DNA of 64,000 nucleotides, from sequence record OZ196285.1; one strand, given 5' to 3'. The notes under the pieces were generated by a model that did not search any database, had not been told where the DNA came from, and was given only the letters and a program-made list of their open reading frames with translations. The position numbers and the translations under genes were made by a program. Shown piece by piece: positions 37,556 to 47,488 of the stretch (position 1 is the stretch's first letter; the number at the start of each line of letters is the position of its first letter).

Positions 37556-37625
37556 ATAGTTTACATTCACTGCCGATTCGCGTATAATTCACTACGAATC
37601 GGCAGACATAACGGAGATAGTCACA

Positions 37626-37787
37626 ATGGCTAAGAAAAAGAAGAAGCAAGTAAACAAGCCACGCGATTTTGTGGCTAAACACATGAACACGTTCTGTCAT
37701 TCTACGGTCGAAGAAGATCGCAAGAAGAAAGAGAAACGCGGTCAATCACGAAAAGAGAAACACAAGGGAAAGATTTATGGGGACTGA
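37626..37787 (+). CDS. small basic protein common in T4-like phages
   Basis: Manual translation ...FVAKHMNTF...EDRKKKEKRG...KHK. Confidence 0.65.
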   Translation: MAKKKKKQVNKPRDFVAKHMNTFCHSTVEEDRKKKEKRGQSRKEKHKGKIYGD

Positions 37788-38103
37788 TCAGCAAACTGAT
37801 TTTCTAGAAGACTGGCCACAAGCATCGGTGGGATTTCCTGATATCCCAAAGAAAGCGCCGTTCGTACCTGAGAGTGACGACCATCAATTCTTCGCTGACT
37901 GTAGCGCGTTTGATTGGTATTACAACTTCTCAGACGATCATTCTGTGTGGAAGCGTGGTGAGAGTGGCATTCGAACATTGAAGAGTCGTATCACGAGCGA
38001 CAAACGTCAACAAATCTTCGATGACTGGAACACGTACAAGTTCTCGGGTGTTAACTTCGGTACTGAGCAAACGCCACAGCCGGTTTGGTCTGACTATGCA
38101 TAA
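37777..38103 (+). CDS. hypothetical protein
   Basis: 108-aa ORF. Confidence 0.65.
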   Translation: MGTDQQTDFLEDWPQASVGFPDIPKKAPFVPESDDHQFFADCSAFDWYYNFSDDHSVWKRGESGIRTLKSRITSDKRQQIFDDWNTYKFSGVNFGTEQTPQPVWSDYA

Positions 38104-38365
38104 AGACGTACTCGGTAACGTAATCGAAATGAAAGACATTGTGTTTCGTCTATCTAAAGAACGATTGTGTGTTGAGCCGTGTATTGTCTCTGGCTTTACG
38201 AAATACAAAGTTTTATTGAACGATGGCTTGCAGTGTGATCCTAATCGCGTTGTAGTCGTCACTGAACAAATTCAAAATAACGGTATCGATCTCTGGTCTA
38301 ATGTGTTAGAATTCAAATATCGTCAATCAATCATCAAAGGCTACAAACGCCTTAAACAAAAGTGA
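38096..38365 (+). CDS. hypothetical protein
   Basis: ATG 38096. Confidence 0.6.
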   Translation: MHKDVLGNVIEMKDIVFRLSKERLCVEPCIVSGFTKYKVLLNDGLQCDPNRVVVVTEQIQNNGIDLWSNVLEFKYRQSIIKGYKRLKQK

Positions 38366-38372
38366 GCAAAAC

Positions 38373-38645
38373 ATGAACATCATTCAAAAACTAATCGCAT
38401 TCTTCACTGGCACTCCACGTACTCCTGAAGATATCATCGCTGACATGAACAAAGGTGCAGTTGAGCTTCGTGAGCGTGCAGCGTTCGAGAAAGAACAAAT
38501 CGCGACTAACGTAGCAGAAGTTGAGCGCGTGCGTAAAGAAGTAGAAGCAAAAGAAAAAGAACTTGGCGAGAAGAACGCGGTTCATGCTGAATCGATTGAA
38601 CGCTCTGAGCGCGTTGCACAGCGTTTTGATGATCTGACAGCTTAG
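38373..38645 (+). CDS. coiled-coil hypothetical protein
   Basis: Heptads. Confidence 0.7.
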   Translation: MNIIQKLIAFFTGTPRTPEDIIADMNKGAVELRERAAFEKEQIATNVAEVERVRKEVEAKEKELGEKNAVHAESIERSERVAQRFDDLTA

Positions 38646-38646
38646 T

Positions 38647-38724
38647 GCTAATGAGTGATTAATCACTCATTAGCCGTAATATTAGCCCTTAATGAGTGAA
38701 AAACTACTCATTAAGGGCTTTTTT
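38647..38724. repeat. tandem inverted repeats with TAATGAGT core; second doubles as terminator
   Basis: 28-bp perfect palindrome 38647-38674; 14-bp arms 38684-38697/38706-38719 plus T run. Confidence 0.85.
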
Positions 38725-38760
38725 GTTTCTGTCATAAATACATTAAAAATGGAGACAACA

Positions 38761-39867
38761 ATGAAAAAATTCTCAGTGATGCTCGAAGAAATCATGCTAC
38801 TTGAGGTGAAGATTCGCGGCAGCAAACCCCGTGAGGGATCGCACGTTCTTTCGAACGGCAAAAACGTCTACGTATGGAACAATGAACGCGAGTTTGAACG
38901 AATTGTACCATTCATCAATCGCGATTTAGGCACAGATTTCGATGCTGAAGACGACATCGATATGTGGTATGACGAGGGTTCGAAAATCGTATACGGCACT
39001 ATCGAGCGCGGTGCATTACAGATGCCGGGCGAAAGCTCATATAAGCCGAGTTCAGGCGACAAGCAAACAGCCAAAGTTCTGAAAGCTCTTGGTTTGCACT
39101 CAACTGGTCGCAGACTTTCGACATTCACGAACGACTATCACGATCAGCACGATCATGAATTCGAGACGCGTCGCGATGAGTTCAACAAAGCTCTTGGCAA
39201 GAAAACGTTTTATCATGGCACATGTACGACGTACATCGAAGACATGCTCAAGGTCGGCATCAAGCCCGATTCAGGTTCTACACAGTTCGATAACATCATT
39301 CACAGTGATAAGGTGTTCATCACGACTGAACAAGACAAAGCAATGTTTCACGCGACGACTGCTGCAAACAACAACAATTCGTTCCCTGTTATCATCACGA
39401 TGTCTATTCCAGATGAATCGAAACTCGTGAGTGATTATGACGTTGTTATCGATACATTAGGGGCTGACTCAGAAGAAGCTAGTGAACTAGGCTACGCTGA
39501 CATTTGGTATCAAATGCCAGGTACGCGTGGCAACGGCCAGAAAGCAATCGGTGACGATCTAACAAGCCGTTACGGTAAAAAGATTGACCGACTGAGCACT
39601 GACGTAGGTATTTTCGGCTACAAGGGACGCATCCCTGCTAGTTTCTTCAAGAAGCTTCTTGCAGATACTGACGTAATCGAAGACGCAATGTACGAAAACT
39701 ATTTCGAAATCGGTGAAGAATTCTCGTTAGCTGAAATGCAAGCAACTGAAGCAGGCAACCATCGTCAATTCGACTATTGGGATGAAAAGCGCCCAGACCG
39801 ATTCGTATCTGACTTAGAAGACAGATGGGATGAAATGGTAGAAGAGAACGAAGACGAAGATTATTAA
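38761..39867 (+). CDS. late protein with ADP-ribosyltransferase-like HGT domain
   Basis: FYHGT...MLKVGIKP...VFITT...AMFHA; TAAATA 38735. Confidence 0.5.
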   Translation: MKKFSVMLEEIMLLEVKIRGSKPREGSHVLSNGKNVYVWNNEREFERIVPFINRDLGTDFDAEDDIDMWYDEGSKIVYGTIERGALQMPGESSYKPSSGDKQTAKVLKALGLHSTGRRLSTFTNDYHDQHDHEFETRRDEFNKALGKKTFYHGTCTTYIEDMLKVGIKPDSGSTQFDNIIHSDKVFITTEQDKAMFHATTAANNNNSFPVIITMSIPDESKLVSDYDVVIDTLGADSEEASELGYADIWYQMPGTRGNGQKAIGDDLTSRYGKKIDRLSTDVGIFGYKGRIPASFFKKLLADTDVIEDAMYENYFEIGEEFSLAEMQATEAGNHRQFDYWDEKRPDRFVSDLEDRWDEMVEENEDEDY

Positions 39868-39911
39868 ATAATAGGGAGCCGTTTGGCTCCTTTTTTTATT
39901 GAGGTAAGAAA

Positions 39912-40391
39912 ATGTACAAATGTAAATATTTTGAAATTTATGAGCTAGTCACACCGCAAATGTATGAAGCATGGGGCGAGAAGTGTTGGCAGCTTTTTGA
40001 TGAACGCGTTCTAATCACGCTAGACGCTCTCAGAGAAGAGTTCGGGTCTTGCGTTGTGAATGACTGGAAGTGGGGCGGATCGTTCGATGACAGCGGTTTT
40101 AGAGACGTTCACTTCTATAGTTCAGTGGATGCGTACTTGAAAAGCCGTTCGCAGCACAAATACGGTCGTGCAATCGACGCGAAGTTCAAAGTGCCTGCTC
40201 ACGAAGTGCGTAAATTCATTCTTGAGAACCCAACGCTGTTCCCACACGTGAAGTTCATAGAGACGGGTCCATTGAAAGATGGGCGCGCTATGTCATGGGT
40301 TCACATCGACGTACGCAACGGTGATTTGATTTGTTGGTCGCCTAAGGAAGGCGTTATCAGCGCACAGTCTGTGATTGAACGCAAACTTTAA
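39912..40391 (+). CDS. endolysin, peptidase M15 family
   Basis: SQHKYGRAID, WVHID; TAAATA 39865-39870. Confidence 0.85.
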   Translation: MYKCKYFEIYELVTPQMYEAWGEKCWQLFDERVLITLDALREEFGSCVVNDWKWGGSFDDSGFRDVHFYSSVDAYLKSRSQHKYGRAIDAKFKVPAHEVRKFILENPTLFPHVKFIETGPLKDGRAMSWVHIDVRNGDLICWSPKEGVISAQSVIERKL

Positions 40392-40463
40392 GTTTAACAG
40401 AGTTGACATTGACGCTATGATGTATTTGTCAACTCGACAACTCACAACTAAAAGGTCTACTAC

Positions 40464-41177
40464 ATGGGCAAGAAAAAACCTTCAGAAGATCCTCGTAACT
40501 CACAAAAAGTTGAATTACTTTCTTTCAATCAAGAGCAATACGCAAGCGCGATTGAAGAGGAAGTCAAAGAAGATGGCTCAGGCGCATTCGTCTTTGCAAT
40601 CGGTTCGGCTGGTACGGGTAAAACATGGTTAGCGACAACATTGGGTGCTGATTTATATTCAATGTTCGCGTACAATCAATTCTTGATCTTGAAGCCAACA
40701 CTTTCGTGTGGTGAAGAACTTGGCTATTTGCCGGGTACTCTTGAAGAGAAAATGGAACCGTGGATTCAAACAGTCACGCAGCCGTTGAAAGACCGTCTGG
40801 GTGCTGACAAGTTCAAATGTGATTGGAACAAGCGTATTCACGCAGAGCCTATTCAGTTCGTTCGTGGTAAAACGTTCGATAACTGTTTCATTGTAGTCGA
40901 TGAAGCTCAAAACTTAACGAAGACTGAAATTGAAACTATCATGACTCGTATCGGTGAGAACACGAAAATGGTGTTCTGTGGCGACTTGAAACAAGACGAC
41001 CACAAGCTAATCTACCGAACAGGCAAGAAAGAAATCAGCGGTCTAGCATGGATGGTGAACGAGATTCGTCGTCAGCAACGTGCAGGTATTGAAATCATCG
41101 AATTCACTAAAGAAGATGTTGTTCGTTCAGGTGCTTGTAAAATGGCATTAGACATCATCGACACAGCAGGGGATTAA
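40464..41177 (+). CDS. phoH: PhoH-family ATPase
   Basis: GSAGTGKT, LGYLPG, VRGKTF, VDEAQN, TRIG, GDLKQ. Confidence 0.95.
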   Translation: MGKKKPSEDPRNSQKVELLSFNQEQYASAIEEEVKEDGSGAFVFAIGSAGTGKTWLATTLGADLYSMFAYNQFLILKPTLSCGEELGYLPGTLEEKMEPWIQTVTQPLKDRLGADKFKCDWNKRIHAEPIQFVRGKTFDNCFIVVDEAQNLTKTEIETIMTRIGENTKMVFCGDLKQDDHKLIYRTGKKEISGLAWMVNEIRRQQRAGIEIIEFTKEDVVRSGACKMALDIIDTAGD

Positions 41178-41491
41178 TGAAAACACTGATCAATAACAAG
41201 ACAGTGAAGATCACAGACTCTGGCAACTTCAATAAGCTTGTCAGAGTCTGGTTCGATAAAGACGGCGTTGAAATTGTCGGTCTATCTCTCGATGAAGACG
41301 ATATCGTCAACATCAAAGAGTACAAAAACTTGACCGTACCGGGCGGGGTACACACGCTCATTGCCAAAGCCGTCGAAGGCACTGTTTACACTTCAACAGT
41401 TCTAGGTCGTCTGATATTCAATCGGAAAGACGCATCATACAAGATGAAAGAAGACCGACATCGAATTCAGTTCACTGAGAATCTGAAATGA
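41177..41491 (+). CDS. hypothetical protein
   Basis: TAATG coupling. Confidence 0.7.
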   Translation: MKTLINNKTVKITDSGNFNKLVRVWFDKDGVEIVGLSLDEDDIVNIKEYKNLTVPGGVHTLIAKAVEGTVYTSTVLGRLIFNRKDASYKMKEDRHRIQFTENLK

Positions 41492-41593
41492 TAAAAGCGC
41501 CTACGGGCGCTTTTTTGTTTAGAACGAGCACTATATACACTATAATGAAGAACGAGACTTCACAACAAAAGCCACAGAACATCGGGGAGTTGA

Positions 41594-42325
41594 ATGGAAC
41601 GAACAGAAATCGTAATTCCGACGACTAGCGTTAGAAATGCGGGTTACGAGTTTGAAGTAATTGACACAAGCAAGCTAGATCACTTTCATGTACGTTGCGT
41701 AACGAATACATTGTACGACAATCAGATTCAAGGTTCTAAACTAGACGGCTTTCGTGCCGAAATAACTTTAATGGACGCAGAATCACTAATATTCTTGAAC
41801 TCAATGAATCTTTATGCTAACTTTACTGAGTCGAACCGTGCAAATAATGGAATGAAGCGAATTAAGTCGGCTCGACATGATTATTATCACTATTATCAAC
41901 AACAAGAGGACTGGTTTAAAGGCATACTCAAACAACACAAGATTACAGTAAAATACCCCGGCGGAGAAACACGAAAGAAGCTTCCCAAGTTCTACACGTG
42001 TGGTCTGCGTTTGTCGAATGTAAGACGTTCGGCAGATAAAGCGTGCGCGATGCTCGTTCTCGACGAGTGCGGCAAGCCGTTGGTCTATGCTTTTGCAATC
42101 GGTAAACTTAGGTACGTTGTGGATGCTTATGATAGAACTATCAACGTTAACTGCCCTGCTCAAATAGGGAAAAGAACAGTTGACGTAATCGAATGTTTAG
42201 ATTACAATGACGGAGACGATTGGAATGACGAAAATGAGCTAGAAGAGACTCATAAAAAGATTGTTATTCCAGATGTATCCGATTTAGACAAAGTATTAAT
42301 GTCACTAGATGAAGAAGAGCTTTAA
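41594..42325 (+). CDS. hypothetical protein
   Basis: GGGGAG RBS. Confidence 0.7.
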   Translation: MERTEIVIPTTSVRNAGYEFEVIDTSKLDHFHVRCVTNTLYDNQIQGSKLDGFRAEITLMDAESLIFLNSMNLYANFTESNRANNGMKRIKSARHDYYHYYQQQEDWFKGILKQHKITVKYPGGETRKKLPKFYTCGLRLSNVRRSADKACAMLVLDECGKPLVYAFAIGKLRYVVDAYDRTINVNCPAQIGKRTVDVIECLDYNDGDDWNDENELEETHKKIVIPDVSDLDKVLMSLDEEEL

Positions 42326-42638
42326 TTATATGATGAACGAACAGCCAGTAACAAACTACACCGATATGTCAGAACTAGCACTAGACATCGCAGCTTATGC
42401 TTCACTATTAGTAAAAATGGGTCACTGCGATTGCGTGACGAATCAAAAACTTTTCGTTGAAATGTGCAACGAAGCAGGCTTTAGAACAATTACAGGTAAA
42501 GAATTCAGTCAAATGTCATTCAGAAAGATGTTTTTCCGATTACCGAAACGAATCAAAGATGAAGTACGCAAGATTTTCGAATGGGGCGACAATGCACCAG
42601 GCGAATCTCTATTAGAATCAGTTTATAATGTACATTAA
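42309..42638 (+). CDS. hypothetical protein
   Basis: 109-aa ORF. Confidence 0.7.
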   Translation: MKKSFNYMMNEQPVTNYTDMSELALDIAAYASLLVKMGHCDCVTNQKLFVEMCNEAGFRTITGKEFSQMSFRKMFFRLPKRIKDEVRKIFEWGDNAPGESLLESVYNVH

Positions 42639-42646
42639 GAGGCAAC

Positions 42647-42940
42647 ATGAATTTCGAAAGAGCACTAGAAGCAATTAAAGACGGGCTGCGCGTGCAGCGT
42701 GAGGGTTGGAACGGTAAGGACATGTTTGTTGTTCAGATGCCGGCTCTATATCTGCCGCCATACAACACACAAGAACCCGGTCCTAAAGTGAACGACCGTA
42801 CTGCTAAACACATCGGCGAAGATACGCCACTTGACTGTCAGCCGTATATCGCGTTGTTTACTCAAGACAAACTATGGCAACCTGGGTGGTTACCCTCTCA
42901 AGCAGATCTGTTTGCTGAAGACTGGGAAGTTTTAGATTAA
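42647..42940 (+). CDS. DUF2829 / Tad2-like anti-Thoeris sponge protein
   Basis: MNF..ALEAIK.G.RV.REGWNGK.MFV...W.PSQADLFAEDW. Confidence 0.8.
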   Translation: MNFERALEAIKDGLRVQREGWNGKDMFVVQMPALYLPPYNTQEPGPKVNDRTAKHIGEDTPLDCQPYIALFTQDKLWQPGWLPSQADLFAEDWEVLD

Positions 42941-42983
42941 AAAAAAAGGCGTGAATCTGTAATATCAGGTTCACGCCTTTTTG
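42940..42983. terminator. bidirectional terminator
   Basis: A-run GGCGTGAA...TTCACGCC T-run between convergent genes. Confidence 0.8.
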
Positions 42984-42995
42984 TTGGTCACTACT

Positions 42996-43559
42996 TTACT
43001 GTTGGTCAGATAATTTCTCTACCCTAGCATCCAATTTTTCGATTTGCGCCTTTAGCATATCTGCTTCAGAACTCGTGAAACGGTCTTCGTTAACTGCGTC
43101 TAGGCGTGTGTTCACTCTCGCCAAGTCTGCTGCGAATTCACCGTCTTTCGCATTACGCGCATCGATTTTGATGCCTAATTCTCTCTGAGATTCATGCAGT
43201 GTGGCAATGTTGGCACGCAAACTTACGTCTGCTGCTGTAGTTGTCACACGAAGAGATTCAACACTTGTTTCTAGTTTGCCGTATGAAGCAAGCAACTGAT
43301 CTTGCTTATGTCCAATCGCTGCTTGTTGCCCTTCGAGTGAAATAAGCTGCTGCGCTTGCGTTGCATTGGTTAATTTAATGTCGCCAATCTCTTGCACGAT
43401 TTTAGTGTTTAGCTCAATGGTGGTAGCGCCTTGGTCTTGTAAAACTACAAGAGCCTCTTGCATCCCACCATAGCTTGTCGCTACACTCAATGAAGATATA
43501 GATAGAGGAATAAGAATCGTCCCTACAATTGCTAAAACGCCTTGCCAGAACTTTGTCAT
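42996..43559 (-). CDS. membrane-anchored coiled-coil late protein (possible lysis component)
   Basis: N-terminal TM, long coiled coil; TATAAATA 43603-43610. Confidence 0.6.
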   Translation of the reverse strand: MTKFWQGVLAIVGTILIPLSISSLSVATSYGGMQEALVVLQDQGATTIELNTKIVQEIGDIKLTNATQAQQLISLEGQQAAIGHKQDQLLASYGKLETSVESLRVTTTAADVSLRANIATLHESQRELGIKIDARNAKDGEFAADLARVNTRLDAVNEDRFTSSEADMLKAQIEKLDARVEKLSDQQ

Positions 43560-43605
43560 AGTATTGGTTCCTATGTATTATTTACTCTTATGTCTTCAAA
43601 CGTAT

Positions 43606-46600
43606 TTATAAGCGGAAAAGTTTCTTCCACCACGGCTTTTTAAGCTCTTGTACTTCGTTCTGAAGCGTATTGACAGTTTCGTTAAGCTCTTTAATCGATT
43701 CGATTATAAGACCGCTTAGATTGCCGTACGCGACTGATTTGATGCCATCCGCGTCGTTATTATCGGCGCGAACCGCTTCAGGCAGAACTTTCTCAACTTC
43801 TTGAGCAATCACACCCGTTTCACGCGTTGTCTTGTCTTCGTGCAATGACAATTTCTTGTCGTAAACATACCCGCCAAGTTGCATGATCTTCTCTAGTGGA
43901 TTTTCGATGCGCTCGATGTTGCTTTTCAGGCGAATATCAGAGTAAGCAGTTACGTTGCCAGTTGCAGTAAAGTGCCCTGCATCATCGAACGTAAATCGAG
44001 TCGTTGATCCGTCACGAACATACCAGTTACCAATACCGCTGTTCAAGTCAGTGTACATGTGAGAGCCATTACAGAAGAACTCGACATCATCACTTGAACC
44101 GAAACGCATGATATCGTTATCAGCCAAATCGATTGCTGTACGAACACTCAACGTTCCATTAACCGTCATGCTACCAGTTATCGTACCGCCAGTTAGCGGT
44201 AAGTATCCCGCGCCTGACAGAGGAGCAAAACGCGCATCAGCTTCAGCTTCTGTGTAGTAACGACCATCATGTGTATGCGAATCGTTAGCAACTGCAACAG
44301 TGATCGAAGCGTTCGCTGAACCATCGAACAAGACTGAACCACTAGCATCACCTGCTAATGAAATCGTACGGGCTGTATTCAACTTAGTTGCTGTTCCCGC
44401 ATTTCCGTTCAGTGCACCTTGGAATGTGTTTGCTAACACCGTACCAGTAGACGCTTGAAATTTGAAACTAGAAGTGTCATACAAGGCGTTACTGTTGTTA
44501 TGCCAAACTACAGGATAGAACGTAGATGACGTTGAGTTAGAAACAGTTACTTTGCTTGCAGCATCTAATATTCCAAGATATTTCGCACTCAGTGCAGTAG
44601 TACCCTCGTAAATCGAGTTCGCGTACAGTTGACTGAATCTCCATGTACTTGTACCTAGAGCACCCACCCCATTCGAATGTGGCAATAGGCCATCACTCGT
44701 TATACGCACATATGCAGTTGTTGAATTACTTCTACCGGTCATTTGACGATATGTACTTGAATCGTTAATGCCCATGTAATTGGTGTGCGCGTGACTATCG
44801 TTAGCAACAGTAACGGTCAGAGTTTTGTTAGCTGATCCGTCAATCGAAACTGAACCACTTACATCACCGTTAAGCGTGATCGTACGAGCTGTTGTCCATT
44901 TATCAGCATTCGGATGATAGTTGTCTGCAAACAATCTTTCCCATGATGACCATGTCCCGTTATTTTGACCGCGAACATACCAAGCGTTGGTTCTCCAGTC
45001 ACTTGCTTGCTGCGTCTGCCACGAAACACTATATGAGTTCGTTTGAATCGCGTGATCTTGTCCCGAAGGTGCGTTACTTGCATCGGCTCCAAGATAACGA
45101 ACTGAGAACCCGCCAACATCACCTACTGTGTCTGCGTTGACTGTTGATTTATCAGCCAAGAACGCATCAAATCTATCATGCGCGTGACTATCGTTAGCAA
45201 CAGTAACGGTCAGAGTTTTATTAGCTGATCCGTCAATCGAAACTGAACCAGTCGCATCGCCACTTAACGTGATCGTACGAGCTGTTGTCCATTTATCAGC
45301 ATTCGGATGATAGTTGTCTGCAAACACACGCTGTGTGTTGTTTGCATAAATCTCGCCCTCTGCATACGTTGCGTCGCGAGTAACCCAGAAAGAACGTCGG
45401 TTGATAACATGACCAGTCGTATCACTCGCAGTTGAATGCAACACACTGAATGAATCATTATCGTCATTTGCAGAGATTACAACCGCAGCATGACCGTTAT
45501 CAGGGCCCCACAATGAAAGACAGTTGTTCGAACCTGGGATTAAACCATCGCCCGGGTTTGTGCTTCTGGTAATGTACGCGCCAGTATCGAATAGTAGCGA
45601 ATTAACACCCAATATAAGCGAACCCGTCATTGTATCGCCTGATTTAGACACGTAGCGAGCGTTCGATTCTGCTTCTGTGTAGTAACGACCATCATGCGTG
45701 TGCGAATCGTTAGCAACAGTAACGGTCAGCGTTTTATTAGCTGATCCGTCAATCGAAACTGAACCACTTACATCACCGTTAAGCGTGATCGTACGAGCTG
45801 TTGTCCATTTATCAGCATTCGGATGATAGTTGTCTGCAAACACACGCTGTGTGTTGTTTGCATAAATGCTACCAGTCATGTACACGTTATTGCTTTCTCG
45901 TGCACCGCTCATTACAAGATGGTCGGCTCCCCCAGTTCTACGCCACAACTGCCAGTCGTTCACGTCACCATCATACTTCAAGAAAGCACCATGCTGTCCG
46001 CTATCTTCAGTCATACGCAATTCAGAATCGGTGTTTGCAGTTGCATTCAAGTGAAGTAATGAGTTTGCTTTAGTGATCGTCAGATTACCCGTCATCGAAT
46101 CACCAGACTTAGAAACGTATCCCGCACCATTAATAGGCGCGAATCGTGCATTAGCTTCTGCTTCTGTGTAGTAACGACCATCATGAGTGTGCGAATCGTT
46201 CAGAACAACAACTTCTAGTGTTTCGTTTTCAGAACCATCGATTGAAACTGAACCAGTTGCATCGCCTGAAAGACTTAGTGTTCTTGCTGTTGTCCATCTA
46301 TCCGCATTCGGATGGTATGTGTCGGTGAAGAACATGCGCCAGTCTGCCCATGTGCTTTCATCAGTCGCTACACGAGTGCCAACGTTGCCGTTATCACCGA
46401 ATGCGAATTGCAAACTACGACCACCACTCGATCCCTGCCATGCATCGAAGTTCATCACTCGGTGGTATGTGCCACCTCCATGAGTAAAGCCGTCAATCGT
46501 GTTGTACTTGAAGTGATACTCAACACCATCACCGTAGTCGCTTGGTAGATAATCAACACTTCGGCTATCTTTGCGCGGTAGAACATCAGCTCCACCCGCC

Positions 46601-47418
46601 CCTTGACCAACTCTCATGTATCGAGTATCGTGCGTATGCGAATCGTTTACAACTGAAACGATCAGTGTTCGATTAGACGAACCATCGATTGAAACTGAAC
46701 CAGTCGCATCGCCACTTAACGTGATCGTACGAGCTGTTGTCCATTTATCAGCATTCGGATGATATGCATCGTGAAATACATCATTGCCCTTGTACGTGAT
46801 GCTCATCGCGTTCACGTCAAACGTCGAGCCATCACTACCGACACGAAATGCGTTGTCTGTTCGAACAACTGACGATCCGAAGTAAATACCGCTCGTGAAA
46901 TCAAGCTGATCGTTGATTCTCAGCCATGCATCATATCCGCGCATAACAGTTTTATCGTTAATCGATAGATCATCGACGAACAATTTAAACTCATTGCTGT
47001 ACAGAGAAACACGCGTATTTGATGTACTACCTTCACGAAACGAAACGAACCCACCATCATTGACTAAAAACCAGTTTTGAGCATTAGAGCCTGAGTTATC
47101 AGTCAGCGTTAGTCGTGGCGAGCTACCCTGTATTTCAATATCATTCGCAGCAACAGTCAATTTACCAGTCATCGTGTCACCATCGCGCTTCATGTACCCC
47201 GATGGTACAGTATCAGCAAAACGCGTGTCTGCTTCTTCTCTGGTATATGCTGACGTACTGCCTCCGTTACCAAGCTCACTCGGTAACGGAGTGTCGTGTT
47301 CTGTGAAGATTTTATAGCCGCTGTAGCGAATTGTCTCGCCTTGTGTATCAAAGCGTAAATTCCCCCCATGCCATACTATGTTACCGCCAATCGCAGTAGT
47401 TGACTTTAATTCTGCCAT
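43606..47418 (-). CDS. long tail fibre with C-terminal S74 autocleaving chaperone
   Basis: Six WTTARTI.L.GD..GSVSIDGS...NDSH.H modules; SDIRLKSNI...GVIAQEVE. Confidence 0.9.
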   Translation of the reverse strand: MAELKSTTAIGGNIVWHGGNLRFDTQGETIRYSGYKIFTEHDTPLPSELGNGGSTSAYTREEADTRFADTVPSGYMKRDGDTMTGKLTVAANDIEIQGSSPRLTLTDNSGSNAQNWFLVNDGGFVSFREGSTSNTRVSLYSNEFKLFVDDLSINDKTVMRGYDAWLRINDQLDFTSGIYFGSSVVRTDNAFRVGSDGSTFDVNAMSITYKGNDVFHDAYHPNADKWTTARTITLSGDATGSVSIDGSSNRTLIVSVVNDSHTHDTRYMRVGQGAGGADVLPRKDSRSVDYLPSDYGDGVEYHFKYNTIDGFTHGGGTYHRVMNFDAWQGSSGGRSLQFAFGDNGNVGTRVATDESTWADWRMFFTDTYHPNADRWTTARTLSLSGDATGSVSIDGSENETLEVVVLNDSHTHDGRYYTEAEANARFAPINGAGYVSKSGDSMTGNLTITKANSLLHLNATANTDSELRMTEDSGQHGAFLKYDGDVNDWQLWRRTGGADHLVMSGARESNNVYMTGSIYANNTQRVFADNYHPNADKWTTARTITLNGDVSGSVSIDGSANKTLTVTVANDSHTHDGRYYTEAESNARYVSKSGDTMTGSLILGVNSLLFDTGAYITRSTNPGDGLIPGSNNCLSLWGPDNGHAAVVISANDDNDSFSVLHSTASDTTGHVINRRSFWVTRDATYAEGEIYANNTQRVFADNYHPNADKWTTARTITLSGDATGSVSIDGSANKTLTVTVANDSHAHDRFDAFLADKSTVNADTVGDVGGFSVRYLGADASNAPSGQDHAIQTNSYSVSWQTQQASDWRTNAWYVRGQNNGTWSSWERLFADNYHPNADKWTTARTITLNGDVSGSVSIDGSANKTLTVTVANDSHAHTNYMGINDSSTYRQMTGRSNSTTAYVRITSDGLLPHSNGVGALGTSTWRFSQLYANSIYEGTTALSAKYLGILDAASKVTVSNSTSSTFYPVVWHNNSNALYDTSSFKFQASTGTVLANTFQGALNGNAGTATKLNTARTISLAGDASGSVLFDGSANASITVAVANDSHTHDGRYYTEAEADARFAPLSGAGYLPLTGGTITGSMTVNGTLSVRTAIDLADNDIMRFGSSDDVEFFCNGSHMYTDLNSGIGNWYVRDGSTTRFTFDDAGHFTATGNVTAYSDIRLKSNIERIENPLEKIMQLGGYVYDKKLSLHEDKTTRETGVIAQEVEKVLPEAVRADNNDADGIKSVAYGNLSGLIIESIKELNETVNTLQNEVQELKKPWWKKLFRL

Positions 47419-47488
47419 GTTTTTAATCTCATTTGTGCATTTACATGTATTTAGCAGACATAAAAAAAGCCCCGACGGGGCTTTTTAG

